Origin: an uncultured Gammaproteobacteria bacterium
GTDB lineage: Bacteria; Pseudomonadota; Gammaproteobacteria; Competibacterales; JAHEDQ01
Assembly: GCA_963783675.1 (NCBI GenBank)
Contig: CAWAOU010000016.1
Span: 98,478-162,477 of the forward strand
Direction: 5' to 3'
Length of the DNA: 64,000 nucleotides
Both the position numbers and the translations under genes were made by a program. Every line of letters begins with the position of its first letter. The stretch's first letter is position 1. A model generated the notes under the pieces. The model saw only the letters and a program-made list of their open reading frames with translations. It was not told the origin of the DNA and searched no databases. Below, one piece after another: positions 18,386 through 27,538 of the stretch.

Positions 18386-19257
18386 CAGATGACTGAAACG
18401 TCTTCCCGCCGACGACCGCGGGATGCGAAGTAAAGATACCCGGTCACCGCCAACAGCATAATTACCACCAGGGCAACGGCCACCGCCGAGCCGAACGGCC
18501 AGTTGCGGGACTGCAGAAACAGGTCCACCAGGGCGTTGCCCACGAAGAACACCTTGCCGCCGCCGAGGATGGCGGGGATCAGGTACTCACCCATCAACAG
18601 GATGAACACCAGCAAGCACCCGGTGACGATGCCGGGCAGTGACATGGGCAGGGTCACCTGCAGAAATGATCTGAGCGGACTGGCCCCGAGATCGGCCGAG
18701 GCTTCCAGCAGCCGTTTGTCCAGTTTCTCCAGACTGACGTAAATGGGAAACACCATCAGCGGCAGATAGCCGTAGACGATGCCCACCAGAACCGCGAATG
18801 GCGTATTGATCAGGCGCACATCGTCCAGGCCGAACTGGGCCAGAAGTGCCGGAATGCCGCGCCCCCCCAGGATGAAAATCCAGGCATAGGTTCGAATCAG
18901 AAAGCTGGTCCAGAACGGCACCACCACCAGGGCGAGCAGCAAAGGCTTGGCCCGGGCGCTGGCGCGGACCCCGAGGAAATAGGCCAGCGGATAGGCAAAC
19001 AGCAAACACAGTACCGTGCCCAAGGGCGCCAGGGTCAGGGTGTTGGTGAACGCCTTGAGCCGGGCCGGAAGATTGGCGTACTGGGCCAAGGTGAAGGCCG
19101 GCTGGTATCCCCCAGCCGGCCCCCGCTCCCCCAGGCTGAACACCAGGATCACGACCAATGGAAGCACCAGGAGCAGCAGAAACCACAGGGTGGTCGGCAG
19201 CAACAGCATGGCGGTGACAACGCTGCGTGACCCGTCGGATTGCTGTGCCTTGGCCAT
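18385..19257 (-). CDS. ABC transporter permease (PotB-like, polyamine-type)
   Basis: 290-aa ORF with the EAA-loop LEASADLGASPLRSFLQVTLPMSLPGIVTG. Confidence 0.9.
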   Translation of the reverse strand: MAKAQQSDGSRSVVTAMLLLPTTLWFLLLLVLPLVVILVFSLGERGPAGGYQPAFTLAQYANLPARLKAFTNTLTLAPLGTVLCLLFAYPLAYFLGVRASARAKPLLLALVVVPFWTSFLIRTYAWIFILGGRGIPALLAQFGLDDVRLINTPFAVLVGIVYGYLPLMVFPIYVSLEKLDKRLLEASADLGASPLRSFLQVTLPMSLPGIVTGCLLVFILLMGEYLIPAILGGGKVFFVGNALVDLFLQSRNWPFGSAVAVALVVIMLLAVTGYLYFASRGRRREDVSVI

Positions 19258-19281
19258 GCCGGTCGGCTGCCCCCGGTCCGA

Positions 19282-20430
19282 TCAGGCCGCCTTGAAGCGG
19301 GCCAGAATCTCGGCCCGCAGCGGATCGGTCAAGGTGGTTGCCGCACCGAACTCCAGCGGGTCCAGCAGCTCCGCCGCCGGATACATGATGGGGTCGTTGA
19401 GCATCTCCTCAGGCAGCAGGTCGTTGGTGCGGCTGTCGGCGCTGGGATAACCATGGACCATGACTTCCCGGGCATTGACCTCGGGATCCAGCAGATAGTT
19501 GATCAGGGCATAGGCCGCCTCCGGATGCTCCGCGCCCTTCGGAATGGCGTAGAAATCACTCCAGATTTCACCGCCTTCCCGACCCAAGACATAGACCATC
19601 TCCGGCATGTCTCGGTGCAACTGGGACCCGTCTCCGGTCCAACACATGGACATCCAGGCATCACCGCTGCGCATGGAGGGCTGATAGTCGCTGTTGATGG
19701 CAAACAGATGCGGCTTGGCCTTGAGCAGCAGTTCCTCGGCATCGGCCAGTTCCTTGGGATCCACCGAATTGAAGGAGTAGCCGTAGTACTTGAGCGCGTT
19801 GCCGATGGTGGTGAGTTGATAGTCGTGCACCATGGTCCGCCCCGAGGCCGGGCCCATGGTGAGATCCCAGAACGCCTTCCAGGTGGTGGGGTTGTCGGTC
19901 ACCTTGGCGGAGTTCACCACGTAACCGGTGGTGCCCCAGTTCTTGGGCACCGCGTACACGGTGCCGTTGACGGTGCCGGGTTCAGTAAATCGCGAATCGT
20001 ATGCGTCGGGCACAAAGTTGGGCAGCTTGGACAGATCCAGGGGCTCGATCAGGTCCAGGTCCACATAGGTTGTGATGGTGTAGTTGGTGGGCACGAAAAC
20101 GTCCCAACCGCTTCCGCCCGCCTGCAACTTAGCCAGCATCTCCTCGTTGGACCCGAACACGTTAACCTGGCTGCTCACCCCGGTCAGCTCGGCAAAAGTT
20201 TCGAAGTTCTGCGGGTCGTGGTAGTTCGGCCAGGTGGCCAACACCACCCGGTCGCCCAAGTCCGCGGCGTGAGCCCTGCGGCTTGCCAGCAGGCCCGGCA
20301 TATTGGCGGCCAGCACCGCGCTGGCGGTACCGAGCCCGGTGAGGCCCATGAAATCCCGGCGGCTCAGGCTCCCGGTCTTGCGATGGCGCCACAACAGTTT
20401 CATAAAGGTCTTGCGGTCGATGGTGCTCAT
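19282..20430 (-). CDS. periplasmic substrate-binding protein (PotD/PotF-like) with a twin-arginine signal
   Basis: I prefer the ATG at 20430, with GGGAGA upstream. The N-terminus is MSTIDRKTFMKLLWRHRKTGSLSRRDFMGLTGLGTASAVLA...AHA. The body has a PotD/F-like pattern (VVLATWPNY..., WGTTGYVVN). Confidence 0.9.
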   Translation of the reverse strand: MSTIDRKTFMKLLWRHRKTGSLSRRDFMGLTGLGTASAVLAANMPGLLASRRAHAADLGDRVVLATWPNYHDPQNFETFAELTGVSSQVNVFGSNEEMLAKLQAGGSGWDVFVPTNYTITTYVDLDLIEPLDLSKLPNFVPDAYDSRFTEPGTVNGTVYAVPKNWGTTGYVVNSAKVTDNPTTWKAFWDLTMGPASGRTMVHDYQLTTIGNALKYYGYSFNSVDPKELADAEELLLKAKPHLFAINSDYQPSMRSGDAWMSMCWTGDGSQLHRDMPEMVYVLGREGGEIWSDFYAIPKGAEHPEAAYALINYLLDPEVNAREVMVHGYPSADSRTNDLLPEEMLNDPIMYPAAELLDPLEFGAATTLTDPLRAEILARFKAA

Positions 20431-20511
20431 GGTCGGTATCTCCCGTTCATGGGTGGTTGCTGCGGTGGCATGGTCGCACACCGGTGGATGTATCTCTGGG
20501 CGCCGGTCCGA

Positions 20512-21669
20512 TCAGTCATCCAACAGGACCAGGCCCGAGGCGCTGCGCCAACCTATGCGGACCGGGTCACCGGGCCCGAGACCCAGCATCATTGCCGGTG
20601 ACGTTTTTGGCGTGCGCACCAGCACCTCGCCCAAGTCGCCGGTGCGCACCCGAAACTCAGCCTGGTCGCCGAGATAGATTCGATTGCTGATGGAGCCGGT
20701 CAGATGAACGTCCCAATCCTGCGGATTGTCGGTCGCGGTCGCGGCCTCGGACTGGGGCATCATATGGATAACCTCCGGGCGCACCGCCACCACGCAGGCA
20801 CTGCCGACGGCCAGCGCGGGGGCGCTCGCGGAAGGGGGAGCGGATAGCAACATGCCCCCCGCCGTCCGCACAACGATCTCAGGGTCATCCGTCGACTCGG
20901 ACCGGCCCTCGAAAAAGTTCGACTCCCCGACAAAGTCCGCCACATAGCGGTTGACCGGGGCATCATAGAGTTCAGCCGGCGTAGCCGACTGCGTAATGCG
21001 ACCGGCGCGCATGATGCTGATGGTGTCGCTCATGGACAGGGCTTCCTCCTGGTCATGAGTCACCAGCAGAAAGGTGATGCCCACCTCCCGCTGCAGCGAC
21101 TGCAGTTCCATCTGCATTTCCCGCCGCAGCTTACGATCCAGTGCGGCCAGCGGCTCATCCAGCAACAACACCGTAGGCCGATTGATCAGGGCCCGGGCCA
21201 GAGCCACCCGCTGCTGTTGTCCACCGGACAACTCCCAGATCTGCCGCCCGCCGAATCCCGGCAGGCGCACCAGTTCCAGCGTTTCCTCCACCCGCCTGGC
21301 CACTTCCGAAGCCGGCGGACGAGGTGAACGTTGTCGCAAACCATAGCCTATGTTGTCGGCCACGTTGAAATGGGGAAACAACGCATAGTGTTGAAACACC
21401 ATGTTCACCGGGCGCTTGTGTGCCGGCACGCCAACCATCGGGCGGTCTCCGATCATGACCTGGCCGGCACTGGGCTGATCAAAGCCCGCGATCAGTCGCA
21501 ATGAGGTGGTCTTGCCGCAGCCCGACGGGCCGAGAAACGAGTGAAACGCGCCCTGACGCACGGCCAGGTCCACCCGGTCCAAGGCGGTGACGTCGCCGAA
21601 TCGCTTGGTGACACCCAGAAACTGGATATCCAAGGCGGTGGATTGGGGTTTGTTCAAAGTCGCATACAT
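20512..21669 (-). CDS. ABC transporter ATP-binding protein (PotA-like)
   Basis: Walker A GPSGCGKTT, signature LSGGQQQRVALARAL and Walker B VLLLDEPL are present. The ORF is open to 21756. The ATG at 21669 (MYATLNKPQ...) gives the usual distance to the first beta-strand, but the start is uncertain. Confidence 0.9.
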   Translation of the reverse strand: MYATLNKPQSTALDIQFLGVTKRFGDVTALDRVDLAVRQGAFHSFLGPSGCGKTTSLRLIAGFDQPSAGQVMIGDRPMVGVPAHKRPVNMVFQHYALFPHFNVADNIGYGLRQRSPRPPASEVARRVEETLELVRLPGFGGRQIWELSGGQQQRVALARALINRPTVLLLDEPLAALDRKLRREMQMELQSLQREVGITFLLVTHDQEEALSMSDTISIMRAGRITQSATPAELYDAPVNRYVADFVGESNFFEGRSESTDDPEIVVRTAGGMLLSAPPSASAPALAVGSACVVAVRPEVIHMMPQSEAATATDNPQDWDVHLTGSISNRIYLGDQAEFRVRTGDLGEVLVRTPKTSPAMMLGLGPGDPVRIGWRSASGLVLLDD

Positions 21670-22039
21670 TCCAGACCAGGTCGGATCGGCAACCGGAAGG
21701 ACATCGCTCCGGCGTGCGCCATCCAAGGCGTGCATCATCCAAGTAGAGTAGATCATACAGAAGGGGAACGGTGCTTCAGCGTAACACCCAGGTTGGGCAT
21801 CTCATGAGACGCCCAACCTCCGTCGGTTCCAGGTGGATGTGCTGCGGTGTGCGAAGGTACCCGAATCATATAGCTCGCGACCCGAGGCGGTGGAGCCAGC
21901 AGAGATGTTGCCCGTCACCGCAACTTTCAACGGTTATGAACCATGGCGCGACAGCAAACCTGCCGCAATCCGTCAGGGTCATAGCCCCTGGTTTTACTCG
22001 CGCGGTTGCACGTCTATCAGGCAAACAAGCTGGCCTGGG

Positions 22040-22200
22040 ACGAAACCCGAGACAGTGGTAAGCGCTGGACAGAATGGCAAGCATCCTTGCACTCCGAGTG
22101 ACTGAGGATCTTTAATCACCACAGGATCTTCAATGCGAGCGATGATCTTGACGCGGCCACCGCAGCGCTTTCAGGTCTCAAGGTCGATGTTCCGCGGCAG
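22040..22200 (-). pseudogene. relic of an IS91-family-like transposase C-terminus
   Basis: The minus strand reads NIDLET*KRCGGRVKIIARIEDPVVIK, then (after a frameshift) ILSH / LGVQ. This resembles the C-x-x-C-G-G-x-[MV]-x-I-I-A-x-I-x-D-x-x-V-I-x-K-I-L-x-H-L-G tail I associate with IS91-type transposases. A TGA sits where the first Cys is expected. No intact upstream body is present. Confidence 0.4.
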
Positions 22201-22580
22201 GGACCCCAGTTACCCGACGCCAGGCAGAGTCCCCAGCGCGCGGTTCTTCCGCACCGAGGTCAACCTTCTTTTCTCAGCTCCTTCAGTCAGTTGGCGTTAA
22301 GTAAGTGCCATTCGGCTCTGAGACCAGTCCTCGAAGGTCTTGATAGGTTACGAGACTGCGCTGGGGGTCACGGAAAGCTCAGCCGAGGCACCCGAACGTG
22401 CGGCGAACTGAAACACGCGCATGACATTCAGGGACGGGCCCTTCGGACGCGCGAATGCAACTGGTATTCGCTACCCCTCGACCTTTTTTGCCTCGACATT
22501 CTGAACGTCATGCATCAAAGCTGCGGATTAGCAACACACCGCTCCATCGCTCAAGCTAAGGAAAACTCAGGAGATCAGAC

Positions 22581-23897
22581 ATGAGCATTGCACGACGTAA
22601 CTGGGTTCCCAATCAGAGCGAAGCACGTGTACAGAGCATCGCGGAACGCACGGCGCTGGAGAGCAGCGCCCAGAGTCTTGCTCAGATCAACGCTCTGGCA
22701 GAACGCAACCGGGCCATCCACGAAAGGGAGTGTTTTAATCTGAACCCCGCGACCAACGTCATGAATCCGAAGGCCGAGGCCCTGTTGGCCTCCGGCATCG
22801 GGTCGCGCCCGTCATTGGGCTATCCGGGGGACAAGTATGAGATGGGCCTGGAAGCCATCGAAGAAATCGAGGTCATCGCGGCCACGCTTTGCGCTGAGGT
22901 GTTTGACGCCCGGTTCGCCGAGATAAGGGTGCCATCGGGCGCCATCGCCAACCTCTACGGCTTTATGGCGACCTGCAAGCCGGGGGACACGATTATCGCG
23001 CCCCCTGCGTCCATTGGCGGGCACGTCACCCACCACGCCGCAGGATGCGCCGGCCTTTACGGATTGAGAATCCTGAACGCACCGGTACGCGTCGATGGGT
23101 ACACCGTCGATGTGGACGCGCTGCGCGATCTGGCCCTGCGCGAGAAGCCCCGGCTGATCACGGTCGGCGGAAGCCTCAACCTGTTCGAGCACCCGGTACG
23201 CGAGGTCCGCGCCATCGCCGACGAACTGGGCGCCAAGGTGATGTTCGACGCGGCCCATCAATGCGGGATCATTGCCGGCAAAGCCTGGGCGAACCCCCTG
23301 GCAGAGGGGGCGCACCTCATGACCATGAGCACCTACAAGAGCCTTGGTGGTCCGGCGGCGGGACTGATCGTCTCCAACGACGCCGAGATTGCAGAACGCC
23401 TCGACGCCATCGCCTTCCCGGGGATGACCGCAAACTTTGATGCCGCAAAGTCGGCCGCTCTGGCTGTGACCATGCTCGATTGGCGCGAACACGGACGCGC
23501 CTATGCCAGGGAAATGATCGACATGTCCATGGCCTTGGCGCAGGCGCTGGACGCTCGGGACGTGCCCGTTTTTGCAGGGAGCCGAGGGTTCACCTCGTCG
23601 CATCAATTCGCCGTCGCGGCGGCGACCTATGGCGGCGGTCAGGCGGCGTCGAAAAGGTTGCGCCAGGCGGGTTTTCTGGCCTGCGGGATCGGCTTGCCGA
23701 TAGAAGACGTCGCGGGCGATATGAATGGGCTGCGCATAGGCACACCGGAACTGGTCAGATGGGGTATGACGCGAACCCATGCGGACCGACTGGCGCAGTT
23801 GATCGCAAAGGCGCTGACCAGCGCCGATCCGGCCGAGATGCTGCCCGAAGTGTCTGCCTGGCGACAGGAATTCGATCGGCTGCACTTCGTGATTTGA
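22581..23897 (+). CDS. serine hydroxymethyltransferase-fold PLP enzyme (divergent GlyA-family paralog)
   Basis: 438-aa ORF with AGGAG 7 nt upstream. NLNPATNVMNP, GYPGDKYEMG and HLMTMSTYKSLGGPAAGLIV parallel the SHMT blocks. The expected PLP-Lys sits in STYKS rather than the canonical TTHKT. Confidence 0.85.
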   Translation: MSIARRNWVPNQSEARVQSIAERTALESSAQSLAQINALAERNRAIHERECFNLNPATNVMNPKAEALLASGIGSRPSLGYPGDKYEMGLEAIEEIEVIAATLCAEVFDARFAEIRVPSGAIANLYGFMATCKPGDTIIAPPASIGGHVTHHAAGCAGLYGLRILNAPVRVDGYTVDVDALRDLALREKPRLITVGGSLNLFEHPVREVRAIADELGAKVMFDAAHQCGIIAGKAWANPLAEGAHLMTMSTYKSLGGPAAGLIVSNDAEIAERLDAIAFPGMTANFDAAKSAALAVTMLDWREHGRAYAREMIDMSMALAQALDARDVPVFAGSRGFTSSHQFAVAAATYGGGQAASKRLRQAGFLACGIGLPIEDVAGDMNGLRIGTPELVRWGMTRTHADRLAQLIAKALTSADPAEMLPEVSAWRQEFDRLHFVI

Positions 23898-24041
23898 GCG
23901 TTGGCCAGCGCAGCCCGGATTCAGCATCTCAGGGCAAACCGATCGTATCTGCCCGATCGCCGGTGAGGCGCCTCTGATCTATTCCGGACGACGAAGATTG
24001 GCGGGTGGAATGTACAGATTCAAGAGGCGGATCGCGGGGCA

Positions 24042-24127
24042 GATCGCGGGTAATAGTTGTTCTATTGCCAAAATCTGCAACGATGAAGCTTGTGCATTTC
24101 AGTCCCAAGGTGCACGTTCACGAATAG
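24042..24127 (-). repeat. copy C (inverted orientation) of the ~80-nt intergenic repeat family
   Basis: The plus strand GATCGCGGGTAATAGTTGTTCTATTGCCAAAATCTGCAACGATGAAGCTTGTGCATTTCAGTCCCAAGGTGCACGTTCACGAATAG is the reverse complement of the A/B consensus. The match to copy B extends into ...TGCACGTTyAyGnATAG. Confidence 0.6.
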
Positions 24128-24139
24128 ATCAGACCTCCC

Positions 24140-25885
24140 CTAGTTCTCATGCACTTCAACAACGGTCTCCCTCGCTGCCTGTTTGACTCTCCGTAGCTCG
24201 CGCAAGTGGTCCGCCAGACGAATTGCCATTGCAACAATGGTTAAAACGGGATTTGCTTGACCGCAAGTTGGGAACACGGCGCTGCTTGCAACGTACAGAT
24301 TCTCCATCCCATGTACGCGGCAGTTCGGGTCTACGACACCGTACTTTGGGTCAATGGACATTCGAGTTGTTCCGGCTTGGTGCACACCGTCTCCGACCTG
24401 GTCAAGTATGTGTTCCTCGCGATCGGCTCTTTTGTACTCAAGCTCTCCTACGTTGCTGCGCCGTAACGCCGCATCAATTAATTCGTGCGCCGATGCGGTG
24501 CTCTCTATGTCGGATTCCTTCCATCTGTAGTCTACCGTCAGGCGTGGCATTCCAAGGCTGTCTTTCTCTCGCGACAGATACACGCGACTGTCCCTATTCG
24601 GAGACTGCTCGCTGCAGTATCTCAAATCATACACATTGTTTTTACTCTTTATAACAAACCCCGGGATTCGTGGTTTCTGGACGTAACGCTGATACAGCCA
24701 TCTCGGAACAACGCTCAGTACCGCGGGAAAGTCTGATATGACATTCCTTAGATGCTTTCCATATGTGCTAACGTCGGTGCCGTCCAGTCGCTTCTTTAAC
24801 ATCTCGGTCCTTCCAAGAGCCAATTTCCGCTGATACCCGGGGGCAAGGAGATCCCTTAACCCTGGCGTCTGCAAGGCGAGGTAACTCATCGAGAGTACGC
24901 CACTTCCATGGACTGGATCATGCTTGGGGGAATTATCCAGCGATGCGACAAAGTTGAGGATACCGCGTTCTCTCTGTTTGGCTTCAGGTATCCAAAATCG
25001 GCGCCTACAATAGATTCCGTCCCGAGTTTTTTCAAATCCGTAAACGACATTACTTTTACGGTCTTTTAATTTGATTTTCGCGATGGAGCCGTAAATGTGA
25101 CCCATATAACCCCGGCCAAGCCAACCCGAGTGATTACCAATCCCATCCTTCTGAATGTAATTCGACGCAAGCAAAAGCCGCGTGGTTTCAAGGCAACCCG
25201 CCGCGAGGATGAAATCTTTTGCTTTTACATAATAGTTATTTCTTTTGAGCGACGAGACCGTCAGCTGAGATATCCGATCACTAGACTGAGCCAGATCTAA
25301 ACTCGTGCAATTGCTGTTCAGAAACAGCCGAAGGGATGGACTGTCCTCGAGCTGCCTCCTGTACCTGCGGCCGAAGTTTGTCGGGGGACCCCATCGCTCC
25401 AACGCGCTAGTGACCACTTCACCATCGGGGAATTCGGGGATCATATCTCGTTGTGCCGATGGAACTGCGAGGTTCGAACTGTAAAGATATTCACCGACTT
25501 CGCAGTAAACTTGGGCTCTACGGTAGAAGGGCTCTAATGTTGTCTTGGAAAAAGGCCATCCAGATAAGTCGACGTAGTCCCGTTCTTCGAAATCGATATC
25601 ATCGAGTGGAAGGCAGCGGCCGCCCCAGACCGTTGTAGTTCCACCAAGCTGGCGATGACGGGATTCGTGGAGAGGCGCATGGCAGCCGCTGTTAACCAAA
25701 GTGCCCTTGTACAGGTCCTGAGTTGCATCATCCAGTTCTGTGCTACCCCCCTCAAGCAATATTACATCTAAGTTTGCAGCCGCGAGTTCTAGTGCGAGGG
25801 TGATTCCGCCGGCACCACCGCCGACCACACAAATGTCACTTTCGAATACAGCACCCGCTTCTATTTTGTGTCCGTCGATGATCAC
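24140..25885 (-). CDS. GMC-family FAD-dependent oxidoreductase
   Basis: 581-aa ORF with the N-terminal dinucleotide fold DICVVGGGAGGITLALELA...LLEGG. The C-terminal strings HQAGTTRMS and NLYVASSAVFPTCGQANPVLTIVAMA are typical of GMC_oxred_C. Visibly AT-richer than the flanks. Confidence 0.9.
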   Translation of the reverse strand: MIIDGHKIEAGAVFESDICVVGGGAGGITLALELAAANLDVILLEGGSTELDDATQDLYKGTLVNSGCHAPLHESRHRQLGGTTTVWGGRCLPLDDIDFEERDYVDLSGWPFSKTTLEPFYRRAQVYCEVGEYLYSSNLAVPSAQRDMIPEFPDGEVVTSALERWGPPTNFGRRYRRQLEDSPSLRLFLNSNCTSLDLAQSSDRISQLTVSSLKRNNYYVKAKDFILAAGCLETTRLLLASNYIQKDGIGNHSGWLGRGYMGHIYGSIAKIKLKDRKSNVVYGFEKTRDGIYCRRRFWIPEAKQRERGILNFVASLDNSPKHDPVHGSGVLSMSYLALQTPGLRDLLAPGYQRKLALGRTEMLKKRLDGTDVSTYGKHLRNVISDFPAVLSVVPRWLYQRYVQKPRIPGFVIKSKNNVYDLRYCSEQSPNRDSRVYLSREKDSLGMPRLTVDYRWKESDIESTASAHELIDAALRRSNVGELEYKRADREEHILDQVGDGVHQAGTTRMSIDPKYGVVDPNCRVHGMENLYVASSAVFPTCGQANPVLTIVAMAIRLADHLRELRRVKQAARETVVEVHEN

Positions 25886-25930
25886 TCTCTATCTCCCCCT
25901 AATTAGCAATTGCTGTTCATAAATACCTAA

Positions 25931-27118
25931 GGAACCTCTGCAGATTTCCCGGCAGGGTATAATGCCGATCATTGGTCCACACCCCTTCGACGCCCACAAC
26001 CGAGAGACACCAGATGAAGCAAACCACCTTTGCCTCGTTGAGCTACCCGTCGAAGAAGATGCAGACGAGACGGGAAAAGTTTCTGGCGGAGATGGATCAG
26101 GCGGTGCCTTGGGCGCAGTTGATCGCGCTGATCGAACCTCATTACACCAACAAGGGCCAACGCGGGCGCTCGCCGATGCCGCTTCAGAGCGTGCTGCGGA
26201 TCTACTTCATGCAGCAGTGGTATGCAATGTCCGATCCGGCGATGGAAGATGCGCTCTACGAGATTGAATCGATGCGCCGTTTTGCCGGGCTGGAGTTGAT
26301 CGACGACGCCTTGCCTGATGAGAGCACAATTCTCAGGTTTCGCCACCTGCTCGAGCGCCGCCAGTTGACGAAGCGGATGTTGGACACGATCAACACGCTG
26401 CTGGAGGAACGAGACGCGCTTCTCAAAGGTGGCACCATGATCGATGCCACGATCATTCACGCCGCGCCCTCGACGAAGAACCGGGCGAAGGCACGTGATC
26501 TGGAGATGCACCAGACCAAGAAAGGCAACCGGTGGTACTTCGGGATTAAGCTGCAGGTGGGGGCGGACGTGAACAGCGGTGCCGTGCACACCGTCTCGGC
26601 CACGCCGGCCAACGCGCCCGACATGAGTGAGATGCCGAATCTGCTGCGCGAGGACGATCGCTCGGTGCTCGGTGACGCGGCTACGTGAACAAAGGTATCA
26701 AGCAGGGCGGCCCGCGAGGCGGGCGTTTACTGGGGTGTGGCGCTGAAAGCCCAGCCGAAACGCCGATTGGGTGGCGGGCAGAAGCGGCGCAATCGAAAGA
26801 TGTCCTCGATTCGCAGTCGCGTCGAGCATGTATTTCGGGTGCTGAAGCGCCAATTCGGCTACGCCCAAGGTCGATACCGCGGCTTAGCCAAGAATGCGGC
26901 ACAGGTCTTTACCCTGATCGCGCTCACCAATTTGTACCTGAAGAGGCGGCAGTTGATGGCCTGAGCGGACCCGTCCGCCCGGAATCTGCGAACCGGGGCG
27001 AAACGGGCCGGAAGCAGACGCAAAACAGGCAGGAAATCGCCAAGTCATCCGGTTTTCTGTACGCGGACAGCGCCTCATGGAGATTCTGTCGCCTTTTCGC
27101 AAATTCTTCAGAGGCTCC
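25931..27118 (+). mobile_element. IS5-family insertion sequence (about 1.19 kb), transposase disrupted
   Basis: Imperfect terminal inverted repeats: GGAACCTCTGCAG (25931-25943) versus the reverse complement of CTTCAGAGGCTCC (27106-27118), which is GGAGCCTCTGAAG. The internal gene is clearly IS5-like. I could not identify a clean target-site duplication. Confidence 0.8.
26014..26964 (+). pseudogene. IS5-family DDE transposase, interrupted
   Basis: MKQTTFASLSYPSKKMQTRREKFLAEMDQAVPWAQLIALIEPHY...MEDALYEIESMRRFAG...MHQTKKGNRWYFGIKLQVG parallels E. coli IS5 InsH. There is an in-frame TGA at 26686-26688 (GDAAT*). The C-terminal part SSIRSRVEHVFRVLKRQFGYAQGRYRGLAKNAAQVFTLIALTNLY resumes in the original frame. 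Confidence 0.85.
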
Positions 27119-27269
27119 CAAACGATCAGTGGGATGGAAGAGTTACTATCAATGGCGATACGATCAAGGCTATGACCGCCTGCAGTTATTTCGGAGATTC
27201 TCAAGCTCCCCTTCGGGAGGCACAATCCATATAGCACAACCTGGCTGTGTGGAACACAAAAGGCGTGCG

Positions 27270-27536
27270 CTACGCAAGTTTTCTGTTGGCATGAAGGGTA
27301 GTCAGATTTTGTCGCTTCATTTTTCTGGCGACATAGCGAACGGCAACAACCGCGATCAAAGCGATTCCCAAGATTATCAAAATGACGGCTAGCGCAAGAA
27401 AGAAACTCTCCTGAAGAGCATCGTTTTCGTCAAGTCGATTGCAATAAAATATCTTTTCAGGAATGCCGGAAACCAACCCAGCGATTACCATTATAATTCC
27501 TGACCAAGACACTTTCGACATACGTCTCATCCCCAA
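27270..27536 (-). CDS. small hydrophobic protein (two predicted TM helices), function unknown
   Basis: 88-aa ORF in a very AT-rich stretch. Hydrophobic segments are WSGIIMVIAGLVSGI and FFLALAVILIILGIALIAVVAV, followed by a basic tail. No homolog recognised. Confidence 0.4.
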   Translation of the reverse strand: MGMRRMSKVSWSGIIMVIAGLVSGIPEKIFYCNRLDENDALQESFFLALAVILIILGIALIAVVAVRYVARKMKRQNLTTLHANRKLA

Positions 27537-27538
27537 TG

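Noticed and set aside
21789-21818. A perfect 9-bp hairpin, AGGTTGGGC-N12-GCCCAACCT, upstream of the PotA-like gene.
   Set aside because: There is no U-run on either strand, so it is not a canonical terminator. It has no partner copies and is too little to call a feature.
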